From: a bacterium
GTDB taxonomy: Bacteria > Fidelibacterota > Marinisomatia > Marinisomatales > UBA1611
Assembly (NCBI GenBank): GCA_038127595.1
Contig: JAYPIC010000038.1
Location: 1 to 15,781, forward strand
Direction: 5' to 3'
DNA length: 15,781 nt
Under the pieces are notes generated by a model that was not told where the DNA came from, made no database searches, and saw only the letters and a program-made list of their open reading frames with translations. Position numbers and translations under genes: made by a program. This document shows, piece after piece, positions 8,433-15,781 of this stretch. The number at the start of each line of letters is the position of its first letter. Positions within the stretch are counted from its first letter, which is position 1.

Positions 8433-8461
8433 ATTATATTTAATTTAAGCTATGAAATCAA
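8433..8461 (-). promoter_or_regulatory. Candidate sigma70-type promoter for the minus-strand amidohydrolase
   Basis: Minus strand TTGATT (8461-8456), 17 nt, TATAAT (8438-8433), about 35 nt upstream of ATG 8398. AT-rich background lowers significance. Confidence 0.45.
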
Positions 8462-9321
8462 ACATTCAAATGCCGCTAGTTTTAGATGGTGCAATGGGCA
8501 CAGAATTATTAAAGCTTGGTTTAAAACTTCCGCTTCCATTATGGTCAGCTATTGCTAATGAAGAGCATTATAAAAAAGTTGTGGATATACATAAAAATTA
8601 CATTGAAGGTGGTTGTGATGTAATTACAACTAATACTTTTAGAACTAGCTATAGATCCTACAAAAAAGCAAAAGTCAAAGATGCTCTTACCAGGAGCAAT
8701 AATTCTTTTAAAAAAGCTATTAAAGCTGCTTTAGAAGCTAAAGGTAAAAAAGATATATTAATCGCTGGTTCAATTGCGCCGCTTGAGGACTGTTATGAAC
8801 CAGATCTCTTTCCGGGTGAAAAAGTAGCTGAAATCGAATTTATGGAAATTTTAGAAAATTTTAATAATGAGCCAGTAGATATTATATTAATTGAAACAAT
8901 GGGTAATTTTTTAGAAATAAAATCAATTTTAAAATTAACAAATCAAGTTAATAAAAAAGTTTGGCTGAGCATTGTATTAAAAAATAATAGCCATATTTTG
9001 GATGGAACTCACATAGAAAAAGTTGCAGCTATGGCTAATAGATACTCTGTAGATACTTTATTGATAAATTGCTCAACTATATCTAATACAACAGGTGCTA
9101 TTAAAAAAATTAAGGATTGGGGAGGGAAGTGGGGTATTTATCCGAACTTAGGCAGAACAATGCCTACTAAAGATGGACATATTAAAGATCTAGTATCTAA
9201 TGCCGATTTTTCAAAGCTTATGTTGATTGCAAAGCATAAAGGAGCTTCTGCTCTAGGTGGTTGCTGTGGCTCAAATCCTGAAACAATACGTAAAATGACT
9301 AAATATATTAAAGGAAAATAA
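8452..9321 (+). CDS. Stand-alone homocysteine S-methyltransferase family protein (MmuM/BHMT-like, Zn-dependent)
   Basis: 'LDGAMGTEL', 'LWSA', 'IH..YI..G.DVITTNTF', 'IAGSIAPL', 'ETM', 'INC', 'YPN.G', 'GGCCG'; the three Zn-ligand Cys are present; no pterin or cobalamin domains. Confidence 0.9.
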   Translation: MKSNIQMPLVLDGAMGTELLKLGLKLPLPLWSAIANEEHYKKVVDIHKNYIEGGCDVITTNTFRTSYRSYKKAKVKDALTRSNNSFKKAIKAALEAKGKKDILIAGSIAPLEDCYEPDLFPGEKVAEIEFMEILENFNNEPVDIILIETMGNFLEIKSILKLTNQVNKKVWLSIVLKNNSHILDGTHIEKVAAMANRYSVDTLLINCSTISNTTGAIKKIKDWGGKWGIYPNLGRTMPTKDGHIKDLVSNADFSKLMLIAKHKGASALGGCCGSNPETIRKMTKYIKGK

Positions 9322-9350
9322 TTTTAATATTAGATTTACTATCTTTATAA

Positions 9351-10043
9351 ATGAATGATATCTGCAAAATAACGGCTTTAATTTTATTTTTATTAAGTTT
9401 ATCCTTCGGACAAACAAAAAAAGAAAAAGAAATTATAAAATTTCTAAATGCAAGATATAATGCCAGTTTAGATTCCGTAGGTAATTATCTTGACCAAAAT
9501 TTTATTTATTATCATACTCCATATGTTGGTATAGGGATTTCATCAGAATTAATAGAAGACAAACTAACAGTTACATCTGTATCACCATTCATTAAATCGA
9601 ACAAACCAATAAAAATTAATGATGTAATACTTGAAATAAATAATTTAAAGACTAATATTACTAAAAATAGCCAATCTATTAAAAAGATTATTCTCGGAGC
9701 TCAGGGCGACTCATTAAATCTTAAATTATCCAGAAACGGTAATGTATTTAATTGTAAAGTATTTTTTACAAGGCAACAACTAAAGCAAAAAGCAGAATCA
9801 TTTTTAATCGATATAAAAACCTATGGTGATAGATGGTATGATTATGACATTGATATAATTGATATTTTTTCTAAAAAAAACAAAGTTGTCGTTCATTATA
9901 AATGGGAGGGAAGCTTAGAGAAAAATGGTTCTATTTACAGTTTTAATGCGATGGAAATAATTAAGACCTCAGCTAGTGGTAAAAATGTTAAAGAAATAAG
10001 TTCAATTTGGACAGAAAAACAGTTTTTAGATCAATTTAAATAG
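9351..10043 (+). CDS. Exported protein: SnoaL/NTF2-like fold apparently split by an inserted PDZ domain
   Basis: Signal-peptide-like aa 1-20; aa ~58-143 PDZ-like ('YVGIGI', 'LTVTSV', 'IKINDVILEINN', 'ILGAQGDSLNLKLSRNG'); flanks SnoaL-like ('LDSVGNYLDQNFIYYH' and 'IIDIFSKKNKVVVHYKWEG...GKNVKE...W...FLDQF'). Confidence 0.6.
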   Translation: MNDICKITALILFLLSLSFGQTKKEKEIIKFLNARYNASLDSVGNYLDQNFIYYHTPYVGIGISSELIEDKLTVTSVSPFIKSNKPIKINDVILEINNLKTNITKNSQSIKKIILGAQGDSLNLKLSRNGNVFNCKVFFTRQQLKQKAESFLIDIKTYGDRWYDYDIDIIDIFSKKNKVVVHYKWEGSLEKNGSIYSFNAMEIIKTSASGKNVKEISSIWTEKQFLDQFK

Positions 10044-10830
10044 TGCTCGTTATGATCTTTAGCATTTCTTCATGTATTTTCCCATTTGTAGCTAAGATTT
10101 GATTATCCCAGATTGAAAACTCCTCTCCTCTAATACCCGTGATTAATGCTCCTGCCTGTTTTGCAATTATTGAACCGGCAGCAATATCCCAGGGCTTTAT
10201 ATCAAATTCCCAATATCCATCTGTCTTGCCCGATGCTGCATGACATATATCTACTGCAGCAGCTCCAGAACGACGCACACCCCGTGTTATATCCGTAAAT
10301 TTTTTAAATAACTTCATATTATCTTCCCATAAGTTGCCATGCTCATATCCAAAGCCAGTAACCAATAAACTATCTATTAATTTATTATTATTAGAGACTT
10401 TTATAATTTTATCATTACAATAAGCAGGACCATTTTGGATAGCTGAATAAACATTCAATGATGGTAGCTCCACAACAACACCTACTATAATTTTATCTTT
10501 GTGCGACAAAGCGATTGAAACACCAAATAAAGGATAACTGTGGACAAAATTCGTTGTTCCATCAAGTGGATCAATTATCCAATTATAATCTAGGTGCTTT
10601 TTAAAATTACCAGATTCCTCGGCTAGAATGCTGTGGTCAGGGTGTTTTGATCTTATGATATCGATTATTACTTTTTCAGATTCATGATCTGTTGATGTAA
10701 CAAGATCTGTTTTGGCTTTGTATGTCTTTACTGTTTTTTGATTAGATCTTAATATAACCTTTGAGGCTTCTTTAGCTGCATAGATAGCAGTTTTTAAAAA
10801 TTCATCTTTATCCTTTTGATTCAAAGTCAT
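10036..10830 (-). CDS. suhB: Inositol monophosphatase family protein
   Basis: 'DLVT..D..SE', 'ILAEE', 'WIIDPLDGTTNFVH', 'TGF.Y', 'RRSGAAAVD', 'GYWE...KPWDIAAG'. Confidence 0.9.
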   Translation of the reverse strand: MTLNQKDKDEFLKTAIYAAKEASKVILRSNQKTVKTYKAKTDLVTSTDHESEKVIIDIIRSKHPDHSILAEESGNFKKHLDYNWIIDPLDGTTNFVHSYPLFGVSIALSHKDKIIVGVVVELPSLNVYSAIQNGPAYCNDKIIKVSNNNKLIDSLLVTGFGYEHGNLWEDNMKLFKKFTDITRGVRRSGAAAVDICHAASGKTDGYWEFDIKPWDIAAGSIIAKQAGALITGIRGEEFSIWDNQILATNGKIHEEMLKIITSTI

Positions 10831-12394
10831 TCGTGAAATATTCTTTTGTCATAGTTTTCAAAGCACCTGTTAGAAATATAATGGATATGAGATTAGGAAA
10901 AGTCATAAAACCAAGGGCAGCATCACCAAAAGCCCATACTGCTTCAATACTAGCATTAGCACCAATGAATACAAAAATAATATAAATTATTCGATACCAA
11001 TATATTGCTTTTTCACCAAATAAATATTCAGTTGCTCTATCACCATAAAATGACCAACTAATAGCAGTTGATGTGGCAAACAGGAGCACGGACAAGGTGA
11101 TTATCTTATCACCGTAGTTAAAAATCCAACTTAAACCACTTTTAAAAGCAAAAGAAGTAAGGAGACTACCATTTATGAGATTCATTCCTTGAAAACTGTT
11201 TACGGATAAAGCATTATTAAATTCATCAACGCTTGAAGCAGATATACTTACAAAATATTCAGTATGTTTCCAAGCGCCAGTGCACAAAATTACTAATCCA
11301 GTTAATGTACATATGATGATAGTATCGATATACGGACCCAACATAGCAACTGCCCCTTCACGCACAGGGTAATTTGTCTTAGCTGCTGAATGTGCTATAG
11401 CTGCGCTTCCTTGACCTGCCTCATTAGAATATAATCCTCTTTTTATACCCATAAGCATGGTGTTCAACATTGTCATAATAGCACCACCGCCAGCACCTAT
11501 AACTGTTGCAGTCGGATTAAACACTCCATTGTATATCAATGTAAATGCCTCGCCTATTTTATCTGAGTGATAGATTAATACCAAAGTTGATGAAAAAACA
11601 TAAATGACGGCCATTATTGGAGCTAAATACCCAGTCACCTGTCCAATTCGCTTTATCCCTCCAAGGATTACTGAGCCAACTAATCCAGCTAATATTAATC
11701 CAACAAGAACCTGCTGGATATTAAAATTTAAAATACCCAAAATAGTTCTATTAGCATTTAAAAAATGATCTGCACCAAGGGCTTGAACTGATTCGGAGTA
11801 AATTTGGTCTGATATAGTAAAAGACTGGATAGCATTACCTGTTGCAAATGAACAGATAATAGCAAAACCAGCAAAAGCTACAGCAAGCCATTTCCATTTT
11901 TTACCCATTCCATTTTCAATTGTATACATAGGTCCACCAGCAGTGAAGCCCTGAGAGTTAATCTCACGATATTTTAGGGAAAGTGTACATTCAGCATATT
12001 TCAGCGTCGTTCCAAAGAAAGCGGTAATCCACATCCAAAATAGAGCACCTGGACCACCATAATATATAGCGGTTGCAACACCAGCAATATTTCCAACCCC
12101 AACTGTAGCTGATAGAGCAGTTGTTAACGCTTGAAAATGGTTTAAATCGCCTTCATCTTTCGGATTATCATATTTACCAGCGGTAACATTAATTCCATGT
12201 TTTAAGTATTTAATTTGAGGAAAACCTAACCTTATAGTAGCAAAGACACCAGTACCGACTAGAGCAATGACCATCAGAGGTACTTTTCTAATACTTGGAA
12301 AACTCCATACTTTTTCAAATAATTCAACACCAAATGCGTATAAAATGAAAATAATTAATGCGAAAAAGATAAAACCTGATTGTCTTCTGTCCAT
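10808..12394 (-). CDS. agcS: Alanine/glycine:cation symporter (AGCS family)
   Basis: 'FQAL.TALSATVGVGNIAGVA', 'GGPGALFWMW', 'GGPMY', 'GGIKRI', 'RGLYSNEAGQGS', 'IDTIIICTLT', 'FATST.ISW..YG', 'M..PNL'. Overlaps the suhB start by 23 nt. Confidence 0.92.
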   Translation of the reverse strand: MDRRQSGFIFFALIIFILYAFGVELFEKVWSFPSIRKVPLMVIALVGTGVFATIRLGFPQIKYLKHGINVTAGKYDNPKDEGDLNHFQALTTALSATVGVGNIAGVATAIYYGGPGALFWMWITAFFGTTLKYAECTLSLKYREINSQGFTAGGPMYTIENGMGKKWKWLAVAFAGFAIICSFATGNAIQSFTISDQIYSESVQALGADHFLNANRTILGILNFNIQQVLVGLILAGLVGSVILGGIKRIGQVTGYLAPIMAVIYVFSSTLVLIYHSDKIGEAFTLIYNGVFNPTATVIGAGGGAIMTMLNTMLMGIKRGLYSNEAGQGSAAIAHSAAKTNYPVREGAVAMLGPYIDTIIICTLTGLVILCTGAWKHTEYFVSISASSVDEFNNALSVNSFQGMNLINGSLLTSFAFKSGLSWIFNYGDKIITLSVLLFATSTAISWSFYGDRATEYLFGEKAIYWYRIIYIIFVFIGANASIEAVWAFGDAALGFMTFPNLISIIFLTGALKTMTKEYFTNDFESKG

Positions 12395-12430
12395 TCTTAT
12401 ACCTAATGTTTGTGATTAAAGATAGATTAA

Positions 12431-12459
12431 ATATTATAGAAAAGACATATCAACAACAA
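12431..12459 (-). promoter_or_regulatory. Candidate sigma70-type promoter for agcS-suhB
   Basis: Minus strand TTGTTG (12459-12454), 17 nt, TATAAT (12436-12431), in the 91-nt divergent gap. Confidence 0.4.
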
Positions 12460-12485
12460 TTAAGATTTTAAAATATATTTTTCCA

Positions 12486-13064
12486 ATGAGTAATATTGAA
12501 TTAAAAAGAACGATATGTGGGGTTGATGAAGTGGGGAGAGGTACATTAGCAGGACCCGTTGTTGCATCTGCGGTCATCCTAGCTCGCGGTCATAAAATTG
12601 AAGGATTAAAAGATTCTAAAAAATTAACCTCTATGATGAGAGTAAAACTCTCAAAAATCATTCAAAAAAATGCTCTATCAATAGGAATTGGTATAATTGA
12701 TGCGACGATAATTGATAAAATTAACATTAGACAAGCAACATTATTGGCTATGTCAAACTCCGTTAAAGATCTTTCTTTAAAACCAGATATTGTTTTGATA
12801 GATGGAGTAGATAAAATAAATATCCCTCATCCTCAAAAGAGCATAATAGGCGGAGATTCTAAAGAAGATAGTATAATGGCAGCATCAATAATCGCAAAAG
12901 TTGAAAGAGATAAAATTATGGGCACATACGCGAGGACATACCCTGATTTTGGTTTTGAAAAAAATAAAGGCTATGGTACTAAATTTCATTTAAATGCTTT
13001 AAAAATAAATGAACCTACACCTATACATAGGATGACGTTTAAGCCACTAAAAAATAAATATTAA
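12486..13064 (+). CDS. rnhB: Ribonuclease HII
   Basis: 'GVDEVGRGTLAGPVVAS', 'LKDSKKL', 'LIDG', 'GD......AASIIAKVERD', 'KNKGYGT..H', 'PIHR.TF'. Confidence 0.97.
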   Translation: MSNIELKRTICGVDEVGRGTLAGPVVASAVILARGHKIEGLKDSKKLTSMMRVKLSKIIQKNALSIGIGIIDATIIDKINIRQATLLAMSNSVKDLSLKPDIVLIDGVDKINIPHPQKSIIGGDSKEDSIMAASIIAKVERDKIMGTYARTYPDFGFEKNKGYGTKFHLNALKINEPTPIHRMTFKPLKNKY

Positions 13065-13148
13065 AATATATTACTATAACATTACGCTAGTTGAAATAAG
13101 TCTCGTAAATTTGATCATACTTACTCCTAGTAATTTAAAAAAACTTAA

Positions 13149-14285
13149 ATGAATATTTTTGGTTACAAGATTGTCAATAAATGGCTGGCTGGAGCTGGAT
13201 TAATAATTCTTCTCTCTGCCTTATTCATTCCTACTGAGGTACATGGCAAAGCAACTATGATTTTTATCGGCGCTATTGGTTTTGGTTTATTAGGACTCGG
13301 TACTGGTAATAAAAAATTTGCCTCAGAAGCTAAAGCCATCGTAATAATCGTTATTGTTGCACTATCAATAAAGGTTACCTTACTTGAGGCCTATATTGTG
13401 CCTACAGGCAGTATGGAGGAAACCATTATGACAGGCGATTTTTTAATAGGCAGTCGTTTCGTTTATGGACTTAGAACTCCAGATTGGATAGGAATTCCAT
13501 ACACTGATATAGGATTTTTCATCCCATATATTCAGCTTCCAAAATTTAAAAATCCTGAGGTTGGTGATGTTTTAATTTTTAAATACCCTCGGGATAAATA
13601 TGTAAAGTACGTAAAGCGCTGTATTGCTGGCCCAGGTGATACCATCTTAATCGAAAACAAACAAGTTTACCTTAACGGATCTTTGGCTCAGCTGCCTGAA
13701 AATTATGTTTTTTCGCAACCTGAAATACCAAAAACAATGAGACAAAGAGAAATTTATTTAAGCTCAGATAAAAATATAAACAAGGATAATATGGGACCAA
13801 TCTCAATTCCAAAGAAAGGGGATTATTTTACAATAGATTCAACTACAAACTGGAGAGAGTTACTACCAATAATGCTCATGGACGGAAATACAGCCAAACT
13901 AGTCAGTAAAAAGAAAACATATTATTTTACACTTCAAGATCCTTTTGAAGTAGATAGAAGAAAAGGTCACCCATCTGTTTATGAGCCTTATGCTGGTTGG
14001 AGTGAAAAAGGTAGTCTGATAACACCTTGGACAAGGAGAATACCGGATGATTATTTTGAATTTTTAGTCATTAATGATATACCTGTATCAGAATGGAGCG
14101 GCTATGAAGTTAAACAGAATTACTATTGGGCCATGGGCGATAATAGAGATGACAGTCTAGATTCTAGATACTGGGGGCTGATACCTGAAAACTTTATTTT
14201 AGGCGAAGCCCTTTTTGCATACTTTTCTTTAAATCTTAGAACATGGATTCCAAGATTTGACAGAATAGGAACAATAATAGACTAA
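13149..14285 (+). CDS. lepB: Signal peptidase I
   Basis: 'AYIVPTGSMEET' (catalytic Ser), 'GDFL', 'GDVLIF.YP', 'YVKRCIAGPGD' (catalytic Lys), 'MGDNRDDSLDSRYWG'; up to three N-terminal hydrophobic segments; long insertion between boxes D and E. Confidence 0.96.
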   Translation: MNIFGYKIVNKWLAGAGLIILLSALFIPTEVHGKATMIFIGAIGFGLLGLGTGNKKFASEAKAIVIIVIVALSIKVTLLEAYIVPTGSMEETIMTGDFLIGSRFVYGLRTPDWIGIPYTDIGFFIPYIQLPKFKNPEVGDVLIFKYPRDKYVKYVKRCIAGPGDTILIENKQVYLNGSLAQLPENYVFSQPEIPKTMRQREIYLSSDKNINKDNMGPISIPKKGDYFTIDSTTNWRELLPIMLMDGNTAKLVSKKKTYYFTLQDPFEVDRRKGHPSVYEPYAGWSEKGSLITPWTRRIPDDYFEFLVINDIPVSEWSGYEVKQNYYWAMGDNRDDSLDSRYWGLIPENFILGEALFAYFSLNLRTWIPRFDRIGTIID

Positions 14286-14290
14286 AATTA

Positions 14291-14737
14291 TTGAAATCAA
14301 TACTCTTAATCGCATTTATTTCACTGGCGACTGTAAAAATATCTACATGTCCAGAGCCACCAAGGATGAATATTAATTTCAAATATGATGGTTCAGTTAG
14401 AGAAATAATGCCCGTAATTAAAGATTATCTAGAAAAACAGAAGTATGATATAATACATTACGCACCTGAATCAGGTTTCATTCTTACAGATTATAAGTTA
14501 TTTAGTTTAAATACAGGAGATGTTTACCTTGCACTATCTATAAACATAAATGACCTAGTAGTAATTGTTGGTATGGGTAAATATGAAATTGTGACTAGTG
14601 GTATCGGAAACCCTGATGATATACTTAAAATGAAATCTGTAGACAAATTACCTTATAGATTGCAGAAAAAAATATTTCTCCCTATAATTAGAGGTCTGGA
14701 AGACAGGGGTTTAAAATTAGTAAAAACTAGAAGATGA
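14291..14737 (+). CDS. Hypothetical exported protein
   Basis: TTG start 5 nt after the lepB stop; basic-hydrophobic N-terminus; alpha/beta pattern 'IKDYLEKQKYDI...PESGFILTDY'. Confidence 0.7.
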   Translation: MKSILLIAFISLATVKISTCPEPPRMNINFKYDGSVREIMPVIKDYLEKQKYDIIHYAPESGFILTDYKLFSLNTGDVYLALSININDLVVIVGMGKYEIVTSGIGNPDDILKMKSVDKLPYRLQKKIFLPIIRGLEDRGLKLVKTRR

Positions 14738-14814
14738 CATCATGTTTCTATTTTTATTTTTTTTAAAAATAATCTCCCATAAATACTAACGTTATTATAA
14801 ATTTACAGTCTATT

Positions 14815-15156
14815 GTGAGTATAGAGTTTAACAATCAGGATAGCCGGCTTGGCTATTTAAATGAAAAATTGGATGATCTCCTAGAGGGCATCAATTCGTC
14901 TTATGGTGAAGAGCTGTTCAATGAACTTGTCTTAAGACTTGAGAGAACAATTAATGACTTCAATGAAGAAATAAGTGAACTAACAGAGGCGGTTAAAGGA
15001 AACTCTGAAAAACGAGCTGAAATCATACATACTTTGATGGAGGGCAGTGATTCTATTGCAACAACTCAGAATTCCCAAGATAATGCAGCAGAGGGATCTA
15101 ATTTAGATTCTGAAATTATGAGTGAATGGGAAAAAAGATTAGAAGGCCTTAAATAA
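14815..15156 (+). CDS. Hypothetical acidic helical/coiled-coil protein
   Basis: 113-aa ORF, GTG start; Glu/Asp/Asn-rich amphipathic helices, low-complexity linker, terminal helix 'MSEWEKRLEGLK'. Confidence 0.7.
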   Translation: MSIEFNNQDSRLGYLNEKLDDLLEGINSSYGEELFNELVLRLERTINDFNEEISELTEAVKGNSEKRAEIIHTLMEGSDSIATTQNSQDNAAEGSNLDSEIMSEWEKRLEGLK

Positions 15157-15177
15157 AATTAAAAAAGGAATATAAAA

Positions 15178-15711
15178 TTGAGAAATGCGGATAAAATAAT
15201 TATTGGTTTACTTATAGCTCTAATAATAGGAGCTGGTTATTTTCAATATTTAGCAGATGAACTGAATAAAAGGATGGATGAAATAAAAACTATCGATCAG
15301 AAGCTTGTAGATAGAGTCGAGGATCAGTTTGCTGATAGTTTAAGACAATATAACTTAAGATTCATTGGCAGAGGAAAGCACATCAGAAAAGCACAAGCAG
15401 ATATTATTGATAATACAGACTTAATTATTAAAAATACAGACTCATTATTAAGTTTAATAGATGATGTTGATTTTAAACTCGATAATTTCATTCGTGAAAC
15501 TGAGAGAAATTTTAGGAATGTCACAAACGATCTTGAAGATCTATCGGATGAGTTCCGTACAAATTCCAGAAGAACAAAGCAAAAACTTGCTGACCTAGAG
15601 CAAGCAAGGGACCAGCTAACAAAAGACTTAAAAGAAGTTAGAGCTCTTCCTAGTATAATTAAAGGTATTCAAAAGATGAAGGAAGAAGCCGCTAAAGCTG
15701 CTCAGGAATAG
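15178..15711 (+). CDS. Hypothetical single-TM long coiled-coil protein
   Basis: TTG start with 'aaaaggaa' RBS; TM 'IIIGLLIALIIGAGYFQYL'; heptad-like pattern over the remainder; followed by a terminator. Confidence 0.75.
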   Translation: MRNADKIIIGLLIALIIGAGYFQYLADELNKRMDEIKTIDQKLVDRVEDQFADSLRQYNLRFIGRGKHIRKAQADIIDNTDLIIKNTDSLLSLIDDVDFKLDNFIRETERNFRNVTNDLEDLSDEFRTNSRRTKQKLADLEQARDQLTKDLKEVRALPSIIKGIQKMKEEAAKAAQE

Positions 15712-15740
15712 TTCACAATATTTTAACTATAATAAATTTT

Positions 15741-15772
15741 AAAAGGGGGAGTCTGCTGAGATTCCCTTTTTT
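15741..15772 (+). terminator. Rho-independent terminator, possibly bidirectional
   Basis: Stem gggagtct (15747-15754), loop gctg, agattccc (15759-15766; one G-U pair), then tttttt; aaaa precedes the stem. Confidence 0.85.
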
Positions 15773-15781
15773 ATTTAGTAT

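Noticed and set aside
8358..8558. 66-aa plus-strand ORF across the divergent gap
   Set aside because: Overlaps the starts of two well-supported genes; composition reflects AT-rich intergenic DNA.
9351..10043. Truncated S41/CtpA protease pseudogene
   Set aside because: No 'DLR.N.GG' or 'SASE' protease motifs follow the PDZ; the ORF is intact and its C-terminus looks SnoaL-like.
13106..13113. TAAATTTG matching the Bacteroidota -7 promoter element upstream of lepB
   Set aside because: Single match without a properly spaced TTTG element, in AT-rich DNA; too weak to call.
1..15781. CRISPR arrays, tRNA/rRNA, riboswitches, IS or prophage elements
   Set aside because: All intergenic gaps are about 100 nt or less and AT-rich; no repeat-spacer periodicity, cloverleaf, glycine/SAM aptamer or mobility gene was seen.

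Overview
AT-rich, densely packed bacterial chromosomal segment with 17 supportable CDS and no rRNA, tRNA, CRISPR array, integrase or transposase that I can see. The long-insert LepB, DUF6370-like and DUF819 genes and the streamlined spacing are consistent with a marine FCB-superphylum organism such as Marinimicrobia (inference, not established). Left half (+): 3' part of a penicillin-acylase-family Ntn hydrolase, a 4-Cys DUF6370-like protein, a SEC-C/TM/HGHWH protein, a class III nucleotide cyclase-TolB-like-TPR protein, a DUF819 membrane protein, a YtcJ-like amidohydrolase lipoprotein and a small membrane protein. Middle: an exported dipeptidase-type amidohydrolase (-) divergent from a stand-alone homocysteine S-methyltransferase and a 230-aa exported protein that looks like a SnoaL/NTF2-like fold interrupted by a PDZ domain. 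Right: agcS-type symporter and suhB (-), then rnhB, lepB and three unknown genes ending in an intrinsic terminator. The best novelty candidates are the SnoaL-PDZ insertion protein, the cyclase lacking both canonical purine-selecting residues, the SEC-C/HGHWH transmembrane protein next to it, and a possible extracytoplasmic amide/peptide scavenging cluster. All family calls come from motif recognition by eye; no searches were run.
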